Of a stretch of 64,000 bases of DNA, positions 30,082 to 45,312 are shown piece by piece. The notes under the pieces were generated by a model. That model made no database searches. It had not been told where the DNA came from and worked only from the letters and a program-made list of their open reading frames with translations. The position numbers were made by a program, and so were the translations under genes. The stretch is from Eledone cirrhosa. Taxonomy: Eukaryota. Every line of letters begins with the position of its first letter. Position 1 is the stretch's first letter. The stretch is taken from the NCBI GenBank assembly GCA_964016885.1, contig OZ024742.1, positions 26,226,001 through 26,290,000 on the forward strand. Direction: 5' to 3'.

Positions 30082-31308
30082 ACGAAGGAAGTGTGTTAAG
30101 GAACCAGATGGACCGTAACGTACCAGAGTATTCAATTATTATGGTAGTAGAGTGGATAATAGGAAAATGTTTAACCCCGACGGCAGAGCTCAAGCCGTTT
30201 CGACGGCTGTTTCTGGACTAAATTAGAATATTTAGAATGGTAATAAATAGTCGAACTTTTCAAGGGGTAATTCCTTATATGGGAAGACTGTAGTTGTCAA
30301 AAGGATTGATCAAAGTTTCTTGTAAACACAATTAAATCTTTCATGGCGATGGATTGGAGGTGTTGGTGGCTGAACTTGCCTGTAGAACAATGATGGAGTG
30401 GATGGAGCCGGTCAAGCGTTGAAAGTGAATTCTATACATCAAATTGTAAGGAGTATGTACGGAATTAGGCTAGGTAGAAAGCAGGCTAAAAATAAATCTG
30501 AAAGTGGGACGTTATAAAAATAAATTGTTAATGAATTGAGATTAGAAGAAAAAAATAATACAAAAATTAAATAGCAAAAAATGATAAAAAGTCTCTAGAG
30601 TCTAAAGCAGCTGCTATATTTTTAGCTGGTATTGAGTTAGTGGCCAATGATGTATAGAATTTACTGGGGCGGGGGTACTGAGGTTACAAAAGCCCGATGG
30701 GCTGCCTCAAGGTAGGCGAAAGAGAAAAAAAGAAAAGGAAGAGGAGAGGGAGTGGCAGGAACTGATAAGAAGAAATAAGGGTAAAAGAAAACAAGTACGT
30801 CTACCTATTTGTTCGGCAAGTGGGGAAAAGAAAGATGTCTCAGCCATTGTTTACCCACCCGGGTTATGAGGGAGTTTGAGGGTGAGGTAAGTCCTAGGCA
30901 ATCGGTGTTTACATGCAGTTACAAGTACGTCTTTTTTGTTTAGGAGTTCGTCCTCCGTAAACATCATTTGTATTGTTTCCTCGGAGCATAAGTTACTCGG
31001 AAGGCGTCCTCCTATGTAGGAGTTAGCCCTGGACAGTAAGATCCAAGTAAGATTGTATATTATGTTGTTATATTGGAGGTTCCAGATGTGGCCCGAGAGT
31101 GTAGTGGCATGTCGCCGGGCCATGAACAATTGAATTGTTTACAAGAGACTTTGACCAATTCTTTTGACAACTACAATCTTCCCATATAAGGAATTACCTC
31201 TTGAAAAGTTCCTCTATTTATTACCACGCTAAAAATTCTAATTTAGTCCAGAAATAGCCATCGAAACGGCTTGAGCTCCGCCGTCGGGGTTAAACATTTT
31301 CCTATTCC
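30082..31308 (-). mobile_element. Truncated PLE (GIY-YIG C-terminus and pLTR) with an inverted pLTR copy, in (TA)n
   Basis: ORF 30851-31129 (ATTLSGHIW...NLCSEE...LLNKKD..VTACKHR); HHR-bearing arms at 30162-30274 (minus) and 31190-31302 (plus) with TTGAAAA core. Confidence 0.85.
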
Positions 31309-31309
31309 C

Positions 31310-31396
<87 letters not shown>

Positions 31397-31397
<1 letters not shown>

Positions 31398-31497
31398 TGC
31401 CAATCATTGTAAGTTTGAATCTAACTGACATGCAACAACATATATATAGGAATAAGATAGGCCCAATTCATAGTAGATTCAAATATTACAGAGAGAA

Positions 31498-31564
<67 letters not shown>

Positions 31565-31572
31565 GAGGGAGG

Positions 31573-31608
<36 letters not shown>

Positions 31609-32282
31609 TAAAGAGAGTGCTAAATAGTGAGAGAGGGGGGAAATGAGGTGCAACAGAAATGAAACATGGATTAAAGGTTAAAATGTAGTCTAGATAGATG
31701 AGAAACAAAACAAGGATGTAGTTTATGGAACACCTAAATGATTTAGAAGTCGACCTTAAGTAGGAGCAATAATATTAGGAAAGACATGACCGAGACCACA
31801 TCATTTTGTTTTGAAATGTTTGAAAGTGGCTTTATAAGTATGAATTTTCATCAGTGTTTCGTAGTTGTCTCTGTGGCCTAGCTCTAGGTACTAGAGACGG
31901 TGGAGATTTTCACCTTGGGTTCAATCCTGGTCAAGAGTTACATGTAACCTTTTTCTGTTTTTATTTTTTAACCAATAGAAAATAACTGAGAAGGTTTACA
32001 GGGAACCCTACTCCCGACCAGGATCGAACTTCAGACTAGGATCACCCCCGTCTGTGATTCCTCCAACTATGCCATCGAGATAGCTAAATCAGTAAGATGA
32101 AAATTGAAAATTATAAACCTACTTTCAAAATGAAAGTTACGAAGATGTCGTTCATGGCTTTCCTAGAGCTATTAGTAATATTTAGGATAGACTTGTCAAT
32201 CTTCTGGCCCTTTGGTAACAACCCATTATTCCTATTTGTGTTTAACTGCTGAATTAATTTATATTGATTATTTTAGTGCACA

Positions 32283-32346
<64 letters not shown>

Positions 32347-32381
32347 ATACATTGGGAGGGTCATGTTGTCATGTTATATAT

Positions 32382-32460
<79 letters not shown>

Positions 32461-32736
32461 TCTACAACTTCTTTTATACCATAAACGTTGTTTTGTCTTT
32501 GCGTGTAATTGTTTTTCACTGCCCCAAATAATGACGTATTATATTCGTTTTTTCTCGTTCTTTGCCAGGGAACGTTTTCACGAACCAAAGTATCGTCTTC
32601 CTGTCTTCCTCCGGTTGCAACGTTTTTTGAAATATTCACTTCTGCGTTCACAGATTGACTTTTTTAATTTCAGAAGATCCCGTTAAGGGTGAAAGCAGCG
32701 ATTCTTTGCTTAAACTTTAATTTCTTATTTTAATAA

Positions 32737-32817
<81 letters not shown>

Positions 32818-33490
32818 GCCAATCTTTGTAAGTTTGAATCTGATATGCAAAAACATATATATGTGTATGAATAAGGTAAGCGCAAATCATAATAGATTCA
32901 AATATCACAGAGAGAAAGAGATAGGGGGAGGGAGATAGAGAGAGAGGGGGTGGGGGAGATATGAGGTACAACAGAAATGAAACATGTCTTACAGGTTAAA
33001 ATGTAGTCTAGATAGATGTGAAGCAAAACGAGGATGTAGATTATGGAACACCTAAATGATTTAGGAATCGACCTTAAGCAGGAGCAATAACATTAAGAAA
33101 GAAATGAACGACACCACAACACTTTGTTTTAAAAATTTTGAAAGTAGGTTTATAAGAATGAACTTTCAAAAGATTTTCGTAGCTGTCTATGTGGCCTAGC
33201 GGTTGTTACTAGAGACAGTGGAGATCCTGACTTTGGGTTCAATCCTTTTTTATTTTGCAACCAATAGAAACAAACTGAAAACATTTGCTTGGAACCCTAC
33301 TCCCGGCCAGGAACGAACTTCAGAGCACGATCACCACCGCCTATTGATTCCTCCAACTAAGCCAAAGAGACAGCCACACAAATATAATGAAAATTGATCA
33401 TTATAAACCTAATTTCAATATGAAAGTTAAGAAGATGCCGTTCATTGCTTTCCTAGAGCTATTATTAATATTTTAGGGTCGACTTCTGTT
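31397..33490 (+). repeat. Diverged direct duplication (31397-~32200 vs 32817-~33490); each copy contains a palindromic unit with two convergent tRNA-like heads
   Basis: ATGCCAATC.TTGTAAGTTTGAATC starts both copies; GTGGCCTAGC...GGTTCAATCC on plus and TGGCATAGTTGG...GTTCGATCC on minus. Confidence 0.7.
32456..32735 (+). mobile_element. Family A element 3' fragment with CAGAAGA HHR-like motif
   Basis: Aligns to 24732-25010. Confidence 0.75.
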
Positions 33491-33621
33491 CATTATTGAA
33501 AGACTCAGGATTTCGCAAATTACATAATTTTTTTTAGTGGAGAAGGTAAGATATTTTTCCTCAAAAGTTTGATTGCACTGTTTTGTTTCCACTCATCTAT
33601 TTTTCAAAAATATTATTTCTT

Positions 33622-33742
33622 CACTGAGTTCAAATCCTGCCGAGGTTAACTTTGCCTTTCATCTATACAGGGTCGATAAAATAAAGTACCATTTATGCAC
33701 TGGGTAATTTGCTGGCCTTGTGCCAAAAGTAGAAACAATTAT
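33622..33742 (+). mobile_element. tRNA-derived SINE fragment
   Basis: CTGAGTTCAAATCCTGCCGAGGTTAACTTTGCCTTTCATC...GGCCTTGTGCCAAAAGTAGAAACAATT. Confidence 0.8.
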
Positions 33743-33914
33743 TTATTCATTATATATATTAAATGATAGCATTATATATGTAGGTGGGACCCCTTCATCT
33801 CCTGGCAACCGATATTTTTAGAACTAGTCCGCCGCCACTGTATACATATATATATGTATATATATATGTGTGTGTGTGTGTGTGTTTGTGTGTGTGTTTG
33901 TGTGTGCGTATGTT

Positions 33915-33946
<32 letters not shown>

Positions 33947-34334
33947 CTTATAAAGCAAAGTTGTGAGCGCGTCGAATCTATGTTCGAGTTCCTCTGCGTT
34001 CAGAGTTCAAATCCCACGGAATACCACCTTGTCATTTATGCTTTAGGTGTCGATGAAGGAAATACTAGCCCAGTGATAGTGAAGCCCTTTCACTCCTTTT
34101 TGGTTGTTCTCTTGGTCGATGTAAGTGACGGTTGAGTGGGAGTCTGTAATGATAGGCGAAATGCTATGGTACATCCTACCACGTCTATTCTGAGAGATGG
34201 GTGTAAACTTTCTCACTTAAAATATAAATATATTTTCACATCTACACTCACATACATATACATACATGCACTTACACACACACATACATTTAGAGATAGA
34301 GAGATAGATTGATATATAGATATATATATGTATC

Positions 34335-34404
<70 letters not shown>

Positions 34405-34849
34405 CTGAGAGAGAGGGAGAAGGAAGAGGAGAAGGAAAGATGGAGCGAGAGAGAGAAAACACAATGTAAATCAACAACGTAAAATGTTAGAAGTCTCAAT
34501 CTAGGCATATAGAAATACATGAATGTGGATATATACACAAGATATTAGCACACACCACCCACACACATAATCACCCGCCCCCCTTATATATATATATTAT
34601 CTGTATATAACAAAACGTACGTAGGAATATATTCTTACATGTAATATACATGTAAGCCTACAAAGAAGTAAATGTGGACAACCTTGCACATGTCGCTAGA
34701 AATATGACAGAACACATTAACAACCATGTACAAAATACTTGGAAACACATATCAATGAATGTGAACATAAAGAAAAAGGGATCGATACAACCATATGTAT
34801 AGAACTGTTAGTATGTAACATCGCATTATTAAGACATATTCAGGTAATA

Positions 34850-35626
<777 letters not shown>

Positions 35627-38600
35627 CGCGCCTACGTTTGTTTGTGTGTTAATGTCTCTATAATTTATATTTATGCTCGTTCTTTCTAATCCCTTTTTAT
35701 CATTGATCAGATTTAATCATTTCCATAATACATGTTCCCTGCTTTTATTCCACCTAATTAATGTTCCGCTTTAGGTATACATATTCTTACACATCCATAG
35801 ATGAATGTTAAATTTGTATTGCCACCAGGAATGATAGGCAATAACTGGCTAACTGGCATGTGTATCTATGAGTAAGCTGGGATATCACACCAGAATACCA
35901 TGTAGTCTTGATATTGCTGTTTCTTTTATTGAGCTCTAAAGGGGACGGAGTGTGTATGTAATAAAATAGGCGAGAAAACGACTGAGATGCCAGCTGTATG
36001 TGTAATGTATCCGGTACTGCTCAAATACAGGTATTGATCAAGATATTGAATATCGAAACAGCGTAATCGAGAAATTAAAAGGCATGAGAGTCATGATTAC
36101 ATAGACACGTATACCTTGATCCTTTTCTTCAGGGAGATCTAGCGGAGAGAATGTGACAAGGCTGTCCCTTTGAATTACTGGTACAACTAATTATTCTGAC
36201 CCGAGTGGACTAGAAGTTTGTGAAATAAACAGAATTGCTAAAGGAGAAAACGCAACGGCGTAAATCAGACTAACAAGCTTGCTATCTTGAACTGAACAAG
36301 GAATCCATTTTTTTTATACCGCTCCCAGATTGACAAGCTCCCAGACCTCAATCGGACCAAGGAAGCAATGCTTTCATCAGTCTTTCCATGGCTGATACTC
36401 TCAAATGGTCACGCTCTTCAGCAATGGGAAATAAAAATGCCTTGGTCGAGGTCATATCGCATCACCCAGTCCGGGAATCGACCTTGCAACCTCATGATTG
36501 CGAATTCAATTCTCTATCCATTACGCCATGCTTGTTCACATAACCACTAAGCCAGATGAATTCATTCAGATTAGATATATGTATTTAATTGCCACATTGT
36601 AGACCGTCATTTGGCAGATACTTTAAAACGCTTGGCAAAATACAATCTCTTACAGCTGTTAAGGTTTGCTCCCTTCCAGACACTCTTTGTGTGTCCATCC
36701 CATGCATCCCAGGACATGTTGCGGGTCCATTGCTAGTTGTTGCAGCATGAAATCGATTCTGCAATATATTTTTTGAGCAGGCCCCTATACCTAAGTGCGT
36801 AGCTTGGTGATCAGTGAATCACTGCAGTTTGAGTCATTACTTCTACGAATTGAGAGATCGTAGCTCCGATACTATGGGCTTGTGGTTACAATGTCTCAGT
36901 AAAAATCGCTGGATAAACAAACCAGCAGGAGATCCAGGAGTAGACCCTGATCAAGTTATTTGGATAATATCAATGAGCTTGGCTGGTCTCGCTTGGGGAT
37001 CAATCCACATCAGTTGAAGACGGTTGCTTCTGACTGGATCCCATGGAAGCATTGTTTCAGGATACTTCCCCCACGATCTTCTCAGGAATAAGTAAGAGGA
37101 GGAGAAGAAGAGGCAGAAGTAGTAGTAACATTTCAATTTGAGGGTGAGGTGAGTCCTCTGCCAGCTACTGGTAATATTTAATCCAGTACAACCTTCTTCA
37201 TGGCCAAGTGGCCAAGTGGTTAAATAGTTTCACCAACACACATTTGACCAAGTGTGCTGAGTACGTCTACACACCTGACATGTTTAAAATTATACAGAAA
37301 GTAGTGGTGGTCAACCAAAGAGGGGATCCCCTAACTGGACGAAGAACGCCATTGAGCATATTGGATAAGAAAAATGTTCGATGGATTGGCGGATTTGTTA
37401 AAGCGGATTTGTTATTTTAATTTAAGTCCTGTTCTGGCCTACCCAATTGAGAGATAATCCGTCTTGCTATTTTTAACACAACCATATGCACATTGGATCT
37501 AATTTGCACAATCTTGGGCCGATTCTCCGGTTTGAAACTATTTTCTTCCTTCCATCCAACCAATCTCAGCGGTTCTGAAATATGATCATGATCGCTAACA
37601 TTACCTTTCTAAATAAACAGTAAAAAAAATATTGCAATATGTATAAGATCAAGACATTTAATGTCAACAGTCAGATCTACTTAGACGTAACTATATTACT
37701 AAGCAGGAGAAAAAAATGAACAGAAGATTAGAAGACAATAAATTGAAATATATGTAGTTCTTCGCAAAGGGAAAACACTGTGACAATTCCTGACACTTCA
37801 TGGACATAGCAACATTATTCCAAGTCGTAGAATTCTAACATAAAACAAGATGTGTTGAAAGCATAAATGTTAAATTGAAAAACAAACATGTAAAGTAGGA
37901 ATAAAATTACGTCTGTAGAGATAAACTAAATATTTCAGATGGGTTAACAGGCATCTGACACTAAGTGAAGACTGTTTTCGCTTTTCTTCCTTGGAAACAA
38001 AAATAGTCATGTTATGTTTTGTGTAAACTAATATTTTAGTTATATTCATAGTTACATTTTTATTTTAGAAAGAAACAGAAACATGATATAATATTTTGTG
38101 TGAAATCATGATGAATTTGTGTGATTTTGTACACACATTTCACATTTAGACAATACTAGGAAAGTTGCTGATGAATAATCCATACCAACGAGATATTCAC
38201 GAGATTGCTCGTTTCCTCTTAATGATGCAGACTGCTTCTGCACTTAAAATACAGCCACAACAACTGTAACAGCAACTACACATAGCTAACGATGGAGTAC
38301 CTTCTTTTCATCGTGTGTGGAATCATGAGGACAATATTACAACATTTACAAATGTACAATCCATACCAAAAATTCTTTATCACCTTATTGATGCAGAATG
38401 CCACTATATTTAAAATAGAGCCACAAAAACTGTAACAGCAATAATAAAATAGCAGAGCTACTACGGAGTAAATATATATGGTTGGCTGACCTGCAAGAAA
38501 TAGTAGTTAAATTCCCAATAGGAAGGACACATTAGAAAACATAGTTCTAGATACGCAACTCATGGAATAATTCTAGGCGTTCAGGGATAAAATGGCTTTG

Positions 38601-39226
38601 GTCATAAATCTGCTTGATCAAAGTTGACCAAGAAATCAAACAACAACAAAATATAGCAGCAATAATGTTTTTTAAGATAGGAACAATGCCAATCATTGGT
38701 GGAAAGGTTTAGTCGGTTCATTTTCTTGTAGTATTTGACTAACACCATTATTTTGTCGATTCTAGAATATTGAAACGTATAGGTGAACTTGGTGAGGTTT
38801 AAACTTAAAATTGGTAACTAGGTACTACCTACCGTACAGCATTTTTGGCATATATAGAGGCTGCACACCAACAATTTATACATATATTTATTACAATGCT
38901 GTTAAGTGTGTATACATTTTTCGAGACACACATGTGCTTCGGGTTTCCCTCTTCGGTTTGTTGTTTCCCGTTTTTTTCGCTGTTTTTTTTTTCCTTTTTC
39001 TTCTCTTTTCCCTTCTGTTATTTTTTTTTTTTCGCTATCCCTTTTTTTCCCAATAACTTCCTTTAATTATTGACGCACTGAGATTAGATATCTTGTCTTT
39101 AATACGTAAAAATATCCATGATCCCCACCGGACATCTGATGAAGGAAAACTTTCTCCCGTTCGTGCTTTCCTCTTATTTATAAGTACACCTTATCCAGCA
39201 ATTACACAGACTCTGTTTCTTCTTAA

Positions 39227-39265
<39 letters not shown>

Positions 39266-39507
39266 GAGAGAGAGGGAGGAGAGAGAGCGGGGGGAGAGAG
39301 TGTGTGTGTGTATGTGAAGGAGAGAGAGAGATAAATGTATAACACTTGAGATACCTATTGGTCTCGTATTCCTCTATACAAACTGTGCGTCTACCTATGC
39401 ATAAAATACAACACTGATTTGTAGTCTCTTCGATATCAGATACTGCTCGCAGTTATTTATATATATATACATACATACATACATACATACATGTATATAT
39501 ATATATG

Positions 39508-39583
<76 letters not shown>

Positions 39584-39634
39584 TATATATACATATATAT
39601 ATGTATATATATATATACACACATATATATATAC

Positions 39635-39755
<121 letters not shown>

Positions 39756-39768
39756 TATATATATATAT

Positions 39769-39855
<87 letters not shown>

Positions 39856-39861
<6 letters not shown>

Positions 39862-40270
39862 TAACAGATTAAAGTTTAAGCAAAGAATCGCTGCTTTCAC
39901 CCTTAACGGGATCTTCTGAAACTAACAAAGTCAATCTGTAAACGCAGAACTGGATATTTCAAAACACGTTGCAGCCGGAGGAAGACAGGAAGACGATACT
40001 TTGGTTCGTGGAAAGGTTCGCTGGCTAAGACCGGGAAAAAACGAATATAATACGTCATTAATAGGAGCGGTGAAAAACAATTACGCGCAAAGACAGAACC
40101 ACTTTGTTAGTTTCAAAAGATCCCGTTAAGGGTGAAAGCAGCGATACTTTGCTTAAACTTTAATCTGTTATTTTAATAAGTATTTGCTCTACGGTTCTTA
40201 TATATTTGATATATATTTATCCTTATCGAGCCCTCTTTGGATTTTAGTCTTCAAATTTATTATTATTACT
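39856..40270. mobile_element. Family A fold-back insertion (inverted arm, direct arm, 3' tail) in (TA)n
   Basis: HHR-like motif at 39864-39939 (minus) and 40109-40168 (plus, CAAAAGA variant). Confidence 0.8.
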
Positions 40271-40533
40271 ATATATATATATATATATATATAATAATAT
40301 ATTTAGAAACACACAGATACATGCGGACACACACATATACATGAATGCATCCACACCCAACCGTGAGTTAAGGGTGCCAACCTCACCGATGTTGCTCAAT
40401 GAATGACTGGGACAGACCAATCCGGTTGAACTAGACTGAACCAGTATCAGAGTTAAAATTACATTATGAAGAGAGAAGAAACATTTAGATATAATTAGTA
40501 ATAAAATGTATCATACCTAAACTGCCCTTAGAT

Positions 40534-40623
40534 TCCTCGACTACGTAGTTTCGTGGCATAAACAAAAACAATACATCATAAAGATATAGAGTCTCTGCGA
40601 GGTCTGCCGACTTATCAAGAGGA
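40534..40623 (-). ncRNA. Type I hammerhead with U3-A8 core (family I)
   Basis: TCCTC-TTGATAA-GT(C)GGCA...TGCCAC-GAAA-CTACGTAG-TC-GAGGA. Confidence 0.7.
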
Positions 40624-41076
40624 TACCTCATTTTACTAGTCTCAAGAACGCGTCTACACGACGTGAGAAAGAATCCCAAAAGGTGGAGGGGGAGATAGTC
40701 ACGCGATACAACGGTCGAGAAACAGAGCTAAGCCTCTTATAAGCCCGAAGAAAATACCACAGAGGCGGAGGGGGTTGTGTCCGCATGTATCTGTGTGTTT
40801 CTAAATATATTGTTAATAACTCCCTCTGGTTGAGTAATCTTTAAAGTGTGGTGACTGCTGGAAAGCTGCCATTACTCATACTTCTCGCCTCCTTCACCAC
40901 CTCTTCTACGGCTTCGATATAAATACCCCCTCCACCTCTGTGGTATTTTCTTCGTGGTTATAAGAGGCTTAGCTCTGTTTCTCGACCGTTATATCGCGTG
41001 ACTATCTCCCCCTCCGCCTTTTGGGATTCTTTCTCACGTCGTGTAGACGCGTTCTTGAGACTAGTAAAATGAGGTA

Positions 41077-41166
41077 TCCTCTTGATAAGTCGGCAGACCT
41101 CGCAGGGACTCTATATCTTTATGATGTATTGTTTTTGTTTATGTCACGAAACTACGTAGTCGAGGA
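41077..41166 (+). ncRNA. Type I hammerhead with U3-A8 core (family I)
   Basis: TCCTC-TTGATAA-GTCGGCA...TGTCAC-GAAA-CTACGTAG-TC-GAGGA. Confidence 0.7.
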
Positions 41167-41334
41167 ATCTAGGAGCAGTTTAGGTATTTTACATTTTATT
41201 ACTAATTATATCTAAATGTTTCTTCTCTCTTCATAATATATATATATATATATATATAGTTTTATCCCGAGTTCATGCGCTGGTAACCACAGTAAGTAAG
41301 GTACTCAATACAAATCAGTGTATAACTATTTAAT

Positions 41335-41440
41335 ATAGAAATGTCTTCTACAGAACTAGGACTGTTTCATTCGGGAGAAATCCTAATCCTGATGATTTCT
41401 CTCGAATGAAATAGTTCTAGTCCTGTAGAAGCCTTCTATA
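41335..41440. mobile_element. Short fold-back remnant with HHR core (family G)
   Basis: CTGATGA-TTTC-TCTC-GAAT-GAAA-TAG...CTG-TA-GAA at 41389-41430, preceded by its inverted partial copy. Confidence 0.55.
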
Positions 41441-41669
41441 TTGTATATATATATATATATTAAGTGTTTAGAACGATATGCGTGCGTTGTGTGTAATGTA
41501 TTATTTTACTCTACCTCAACACATGATGGGAAATAATGCATGTTTAAATTCTTATTTAAAATGACGTCAATATACATACATATTCATACTAACTGCCTGC
41601 AAATCTGAAGAAGTTATAAGCACTATGGGTAGGAAGAGACTGAAGTTCGGAATCTATACCTGGAATGTC

Positions 41670-41744
<75 letters not shown>

Positions 41745-41801
41745 ATGTATGTATGTATATATATATATCTGTGTGTGTGTGTGTGAGTGTCATATATATA
41801 T

Positions 41802-41882
<81 letters not shown>

Positions 41883-42330
41883 TGTATGCACATGTATGCG
41901 TGTGACTGTATATGTATGTATCGAAGACATAAATCACAGTTCCAAAACTGTCATTAGATATTACATCAAATTTCCTTATTCATTTTACCGAGAAAAAAAC
42001 ATATAGAAACCAACAACAAAAGCAAAACAAAATATTTTGTTCCAGATATTGTGAGTAGACATATTCTACAGATATTCGTTTCGTGGGAAAGTTTCCGTCC
42101 AGCGAGGAAGATTGGGAATTTTAATAGTTTTCTTAGCTATTGCAATTTGATCTATACTCCCCTGCTTTTTGCAGAACTTACTGAATAAATCACAATCTGA
42201 TGTCTATTATGGGAGAAAGTGTATTATTATCTTTTTTATTAATTTCATATTTATTTTCTAATTCCATTCTTTTCTTTATTTTGTCTTTGAAACAAGCCGA
42301 TTTACTTTTAACTCTGGATATTTGCTTTTA

Positions 42331-42421
<91 letters not shown>

Positions 42422-42423
42422 TA

Positions 42424-42469
<46 letters not shown>

Positions 42470-42498
42470 TGTAGACATTCCAGGTATAGATTCCGAAC

Positions 42499-42544
<46 letters not shown>

Positions 42545-42546
42545 TT

Positions 42547-42577
<31 letters not shown>

Positions 42578-43374
42578 ATAACTGCGCAGCCAATATAATC
42601 AATCCGCATGTAAAGGAGGCAGACATGGGACGTGGACGACATTCTTAGCAGCGACGCCATTGAAATAGAGTTTACAGTTTCAATCCATTGCTGATTATAT
42701 ACCTTTCTAATTTATCCTACTTATGTATATGGGAGGGTTTCAATGGTCATACGCATGTAACTCGTATCAACTTGTGACAACATTCCGTCTTTAAAACGTC
42801 TTGCTCCTATATTATAAGTTATTTTATAACATCTCCGTCTATGCGCACAATATTCTTTATATTAACTTTATCATCTCAACCCTTTGTAAAATTTCGAGGG
42901 ATCAGCTAACTATATATAATGTTTATTTACTACACGACACAAGAAAGCTATGATTCAGCTATCAAATGTAAGACTGTATGAGTTGTCACGGACTTTTGGT
43001 TTAATGGTTTAAAGCGCTGAGCCGGTATCTGTGATATACTCACAGCGGCCGATGGCAACTGCTTTCTCCGTCTTTTAACGGTCTTCACACTATTTTATGA
43101 GCTATTTAATAGCATATTCGCCTCTGAACACATCATTCTTTATAGTAATTATTTTTGCTCTTGAGTCTGGGAGGAAAGGCCAGTTCCTATGATCCGTTTT
43201 CAGGAATTCCCACAAAATCCTGATGGAATCGAAGAATCGCCATTTTGACATACATCAAGTCATGGGGACTTTTAAAACCTGGTGGAGGCTATTCAACTCC
43301 TGGACGGAACATAGCCGATTTTTTCCCTAGAGACATCGTGCAATAGAGAGGGTGTGACAGAGGGGAAATACCGA

Positions 43375-43694
43375 CCCAGTATTTGACCTGTACTTTATTT
43401 CTTGACCTCGACATAATGAAAATCACATTTGACCTATGTGATATTTGAACTCAGAGAATCAGAACAAATTCCACAAAGAGTTCTGTCATTTCACTGCCTT
43501 GATATATATATATAAGCGCTGAAACATCTATGATTTATAGTAAACAGCTGATGAAGGATGCTTTTATTCTCTTGTTTACGTCCCGTTTACCTTCTACCCC
43601 ATCGTTTTCAATAACAATGCAGTCTAATTCTTCCCCTGTAATTTATTTATATATATATATGTATGTGTGCGTGCGTGCGTGCGTGTGTGTGTGC

Positions 43695-43757
<63 letters not shown>

Positions 43758-44222
43758 CGTGTGTGTGTGTGCACATGCATGGTCACATTATTCCCGAGAG
43801 AGTCCTAGAGGCGTTTGTACGGCATTTGCTTTTAAACCAGGAGGAACCCTGTTCTTTACCATATCTGAATAAATGTGAACTAATATAGAGGAGGAATCTA
43901 CCCCATTACAAGACTGGTATTTGTTTTATCGATCTTCAATGGATAAAAGGCAAAGTTGAACCCTACGGGAATTGAACTCTTGCTGAGAGACGAAACATAT
44001 TGCAAGGAATTCGATCCGAGTTTCGAACGGTTCTGCCACTTCACCATATTGTTTCTACATTTGGCACAAGGTCAGCAAATACCCAGTACATAACTGGTAC
44101 TTTATTTTATCAACCCCGTAAGGATGAAAGGTAAAGTTAACCTTGGCAAGATTTGAACTCAGATTGTAAAGGGACGTACAGGAAAGCATGTCCGACCCTC
44201 TAGCGATACTGCCACTTCACCA
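43375..44222 (-). mobile_element. Cluster of three tRNA-SINE copies (~43375-43500, ~43915-44045, ~44047-44222)
   Basis: Each has the reverse complement of the GAGTTCAA(A)T B-box and the AAAATAAAGTAC-type motif. Confidence 0.6.
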
Positions 44223-44607
44223 AATTGAAAGATATATATATCAAAATATATTCAAAATATATTGTTATTTTTGCTTGTATGAGAACCTAACTCGACAGTT
44301 AACATATACACTCAGATATGGATATAGATATATTCGGCTTGATATTTTTATGGCTCAATGTAAATCAAAGTTCGTTAAGAAAGAAATGTTTTTTTTTATG
44401 GAGTTTAAATTTCAATTTATTTTGATGTACGTTTAATAAATTTTATTTCGTGTTTCTGAGTGCATTATTTAAATCCTCGGTTTATATATATATTATTTCC
44501 AGTTCCTCAGTAAAATAACAAACCAACCAGGAACTGGGCATATCAGAGTATTGACAAAGTTATACACCTCAACAACATATGTACTTGTCTATACCACACT
44601 AATGCGG

Positions 44608-44662
44608 ACTGACTGAAGAGGTCACAGCCAAAGATGGCTGTCACCGAAATATATATAGCAGT
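44608..44662 (+). ncRNA. Type I hammerhead (family F) within a repeat at ~44530-44705
   Basis: ACTGA-CTGAAGA-GGTCACAGCCA-AAGA-TGGCTGTCACC-GAAA-TATATA-TA-GCAGT. Confidence 0.65.
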
Positions 44663-44817
44663 AATAAACGAAGCTAAATTTTAAACATTTGATTAATTTT
44701 ATTTTATTTTATATATATATGTGTATATATTTATAATTATTTATATAAATATATTTATATATATATAATTATTTATATAGATATATGTATATATATATAA
44801 TTATTTTTATATATACA

Positions 44818-44854
<37 letters not shown>

Positions 44855-44878
44855 ATAATAAACAACATAAGGCAATTA

Positions 44879-44939
44879 TTTCATTTACCAGTGGTTTCTT
44901 GAAAGCAAACAAATTCTGCTTTCAATCATCAGAATGAAA
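44879..44939 (-). ncRNA. Type I hammerhead (family D)
   Basis: TTTCATT-CTGATGA-TTGAAAGCA...TGCTTTCAA-GAAA-CC-ACT-GG-TA-AATGAAA. Confidence 0.8.
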
Positions 44940-45275
44940 AAATCATGGTGTATTTATTGACGTTGGATTTTAAAAACAAAAATATAATCTATATGAAAGT
45001 GAGGCTGGAAAAGGAAGAAGGAAAGCTAAAATAAACACACATGCACACACAACACACACACACACACACAATTACATACACATACATATATACATACACA
45101 CATATATATATATATATACATACATATACACATATATATATATATATATATACATACACATATACATACACGTACAAATACACATACATATACATATGCA
45201 GACATACACACATATATATCAATATATCAATACATACACATACATACAAATACACAAACACACACACACACACAC

Positions 45276-45312
<37 letters not shown>

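Larger units (their letters stand above)
40293..41237. mobile_element. Non-coding fold-back element (family I) with nested inverted repeats, in (TA)n
   Basis: ~40464-40775 is the reverse complement of ~40925-41237; 40293-40330 is the reverse complement of 40777-40814. Confidence 0.8.

Noticed and set aside
31865-32090. Genuine tRNA genes
   Set aside because: A/B-box-like motifs present but no intact cloverleaf; repeat-derived
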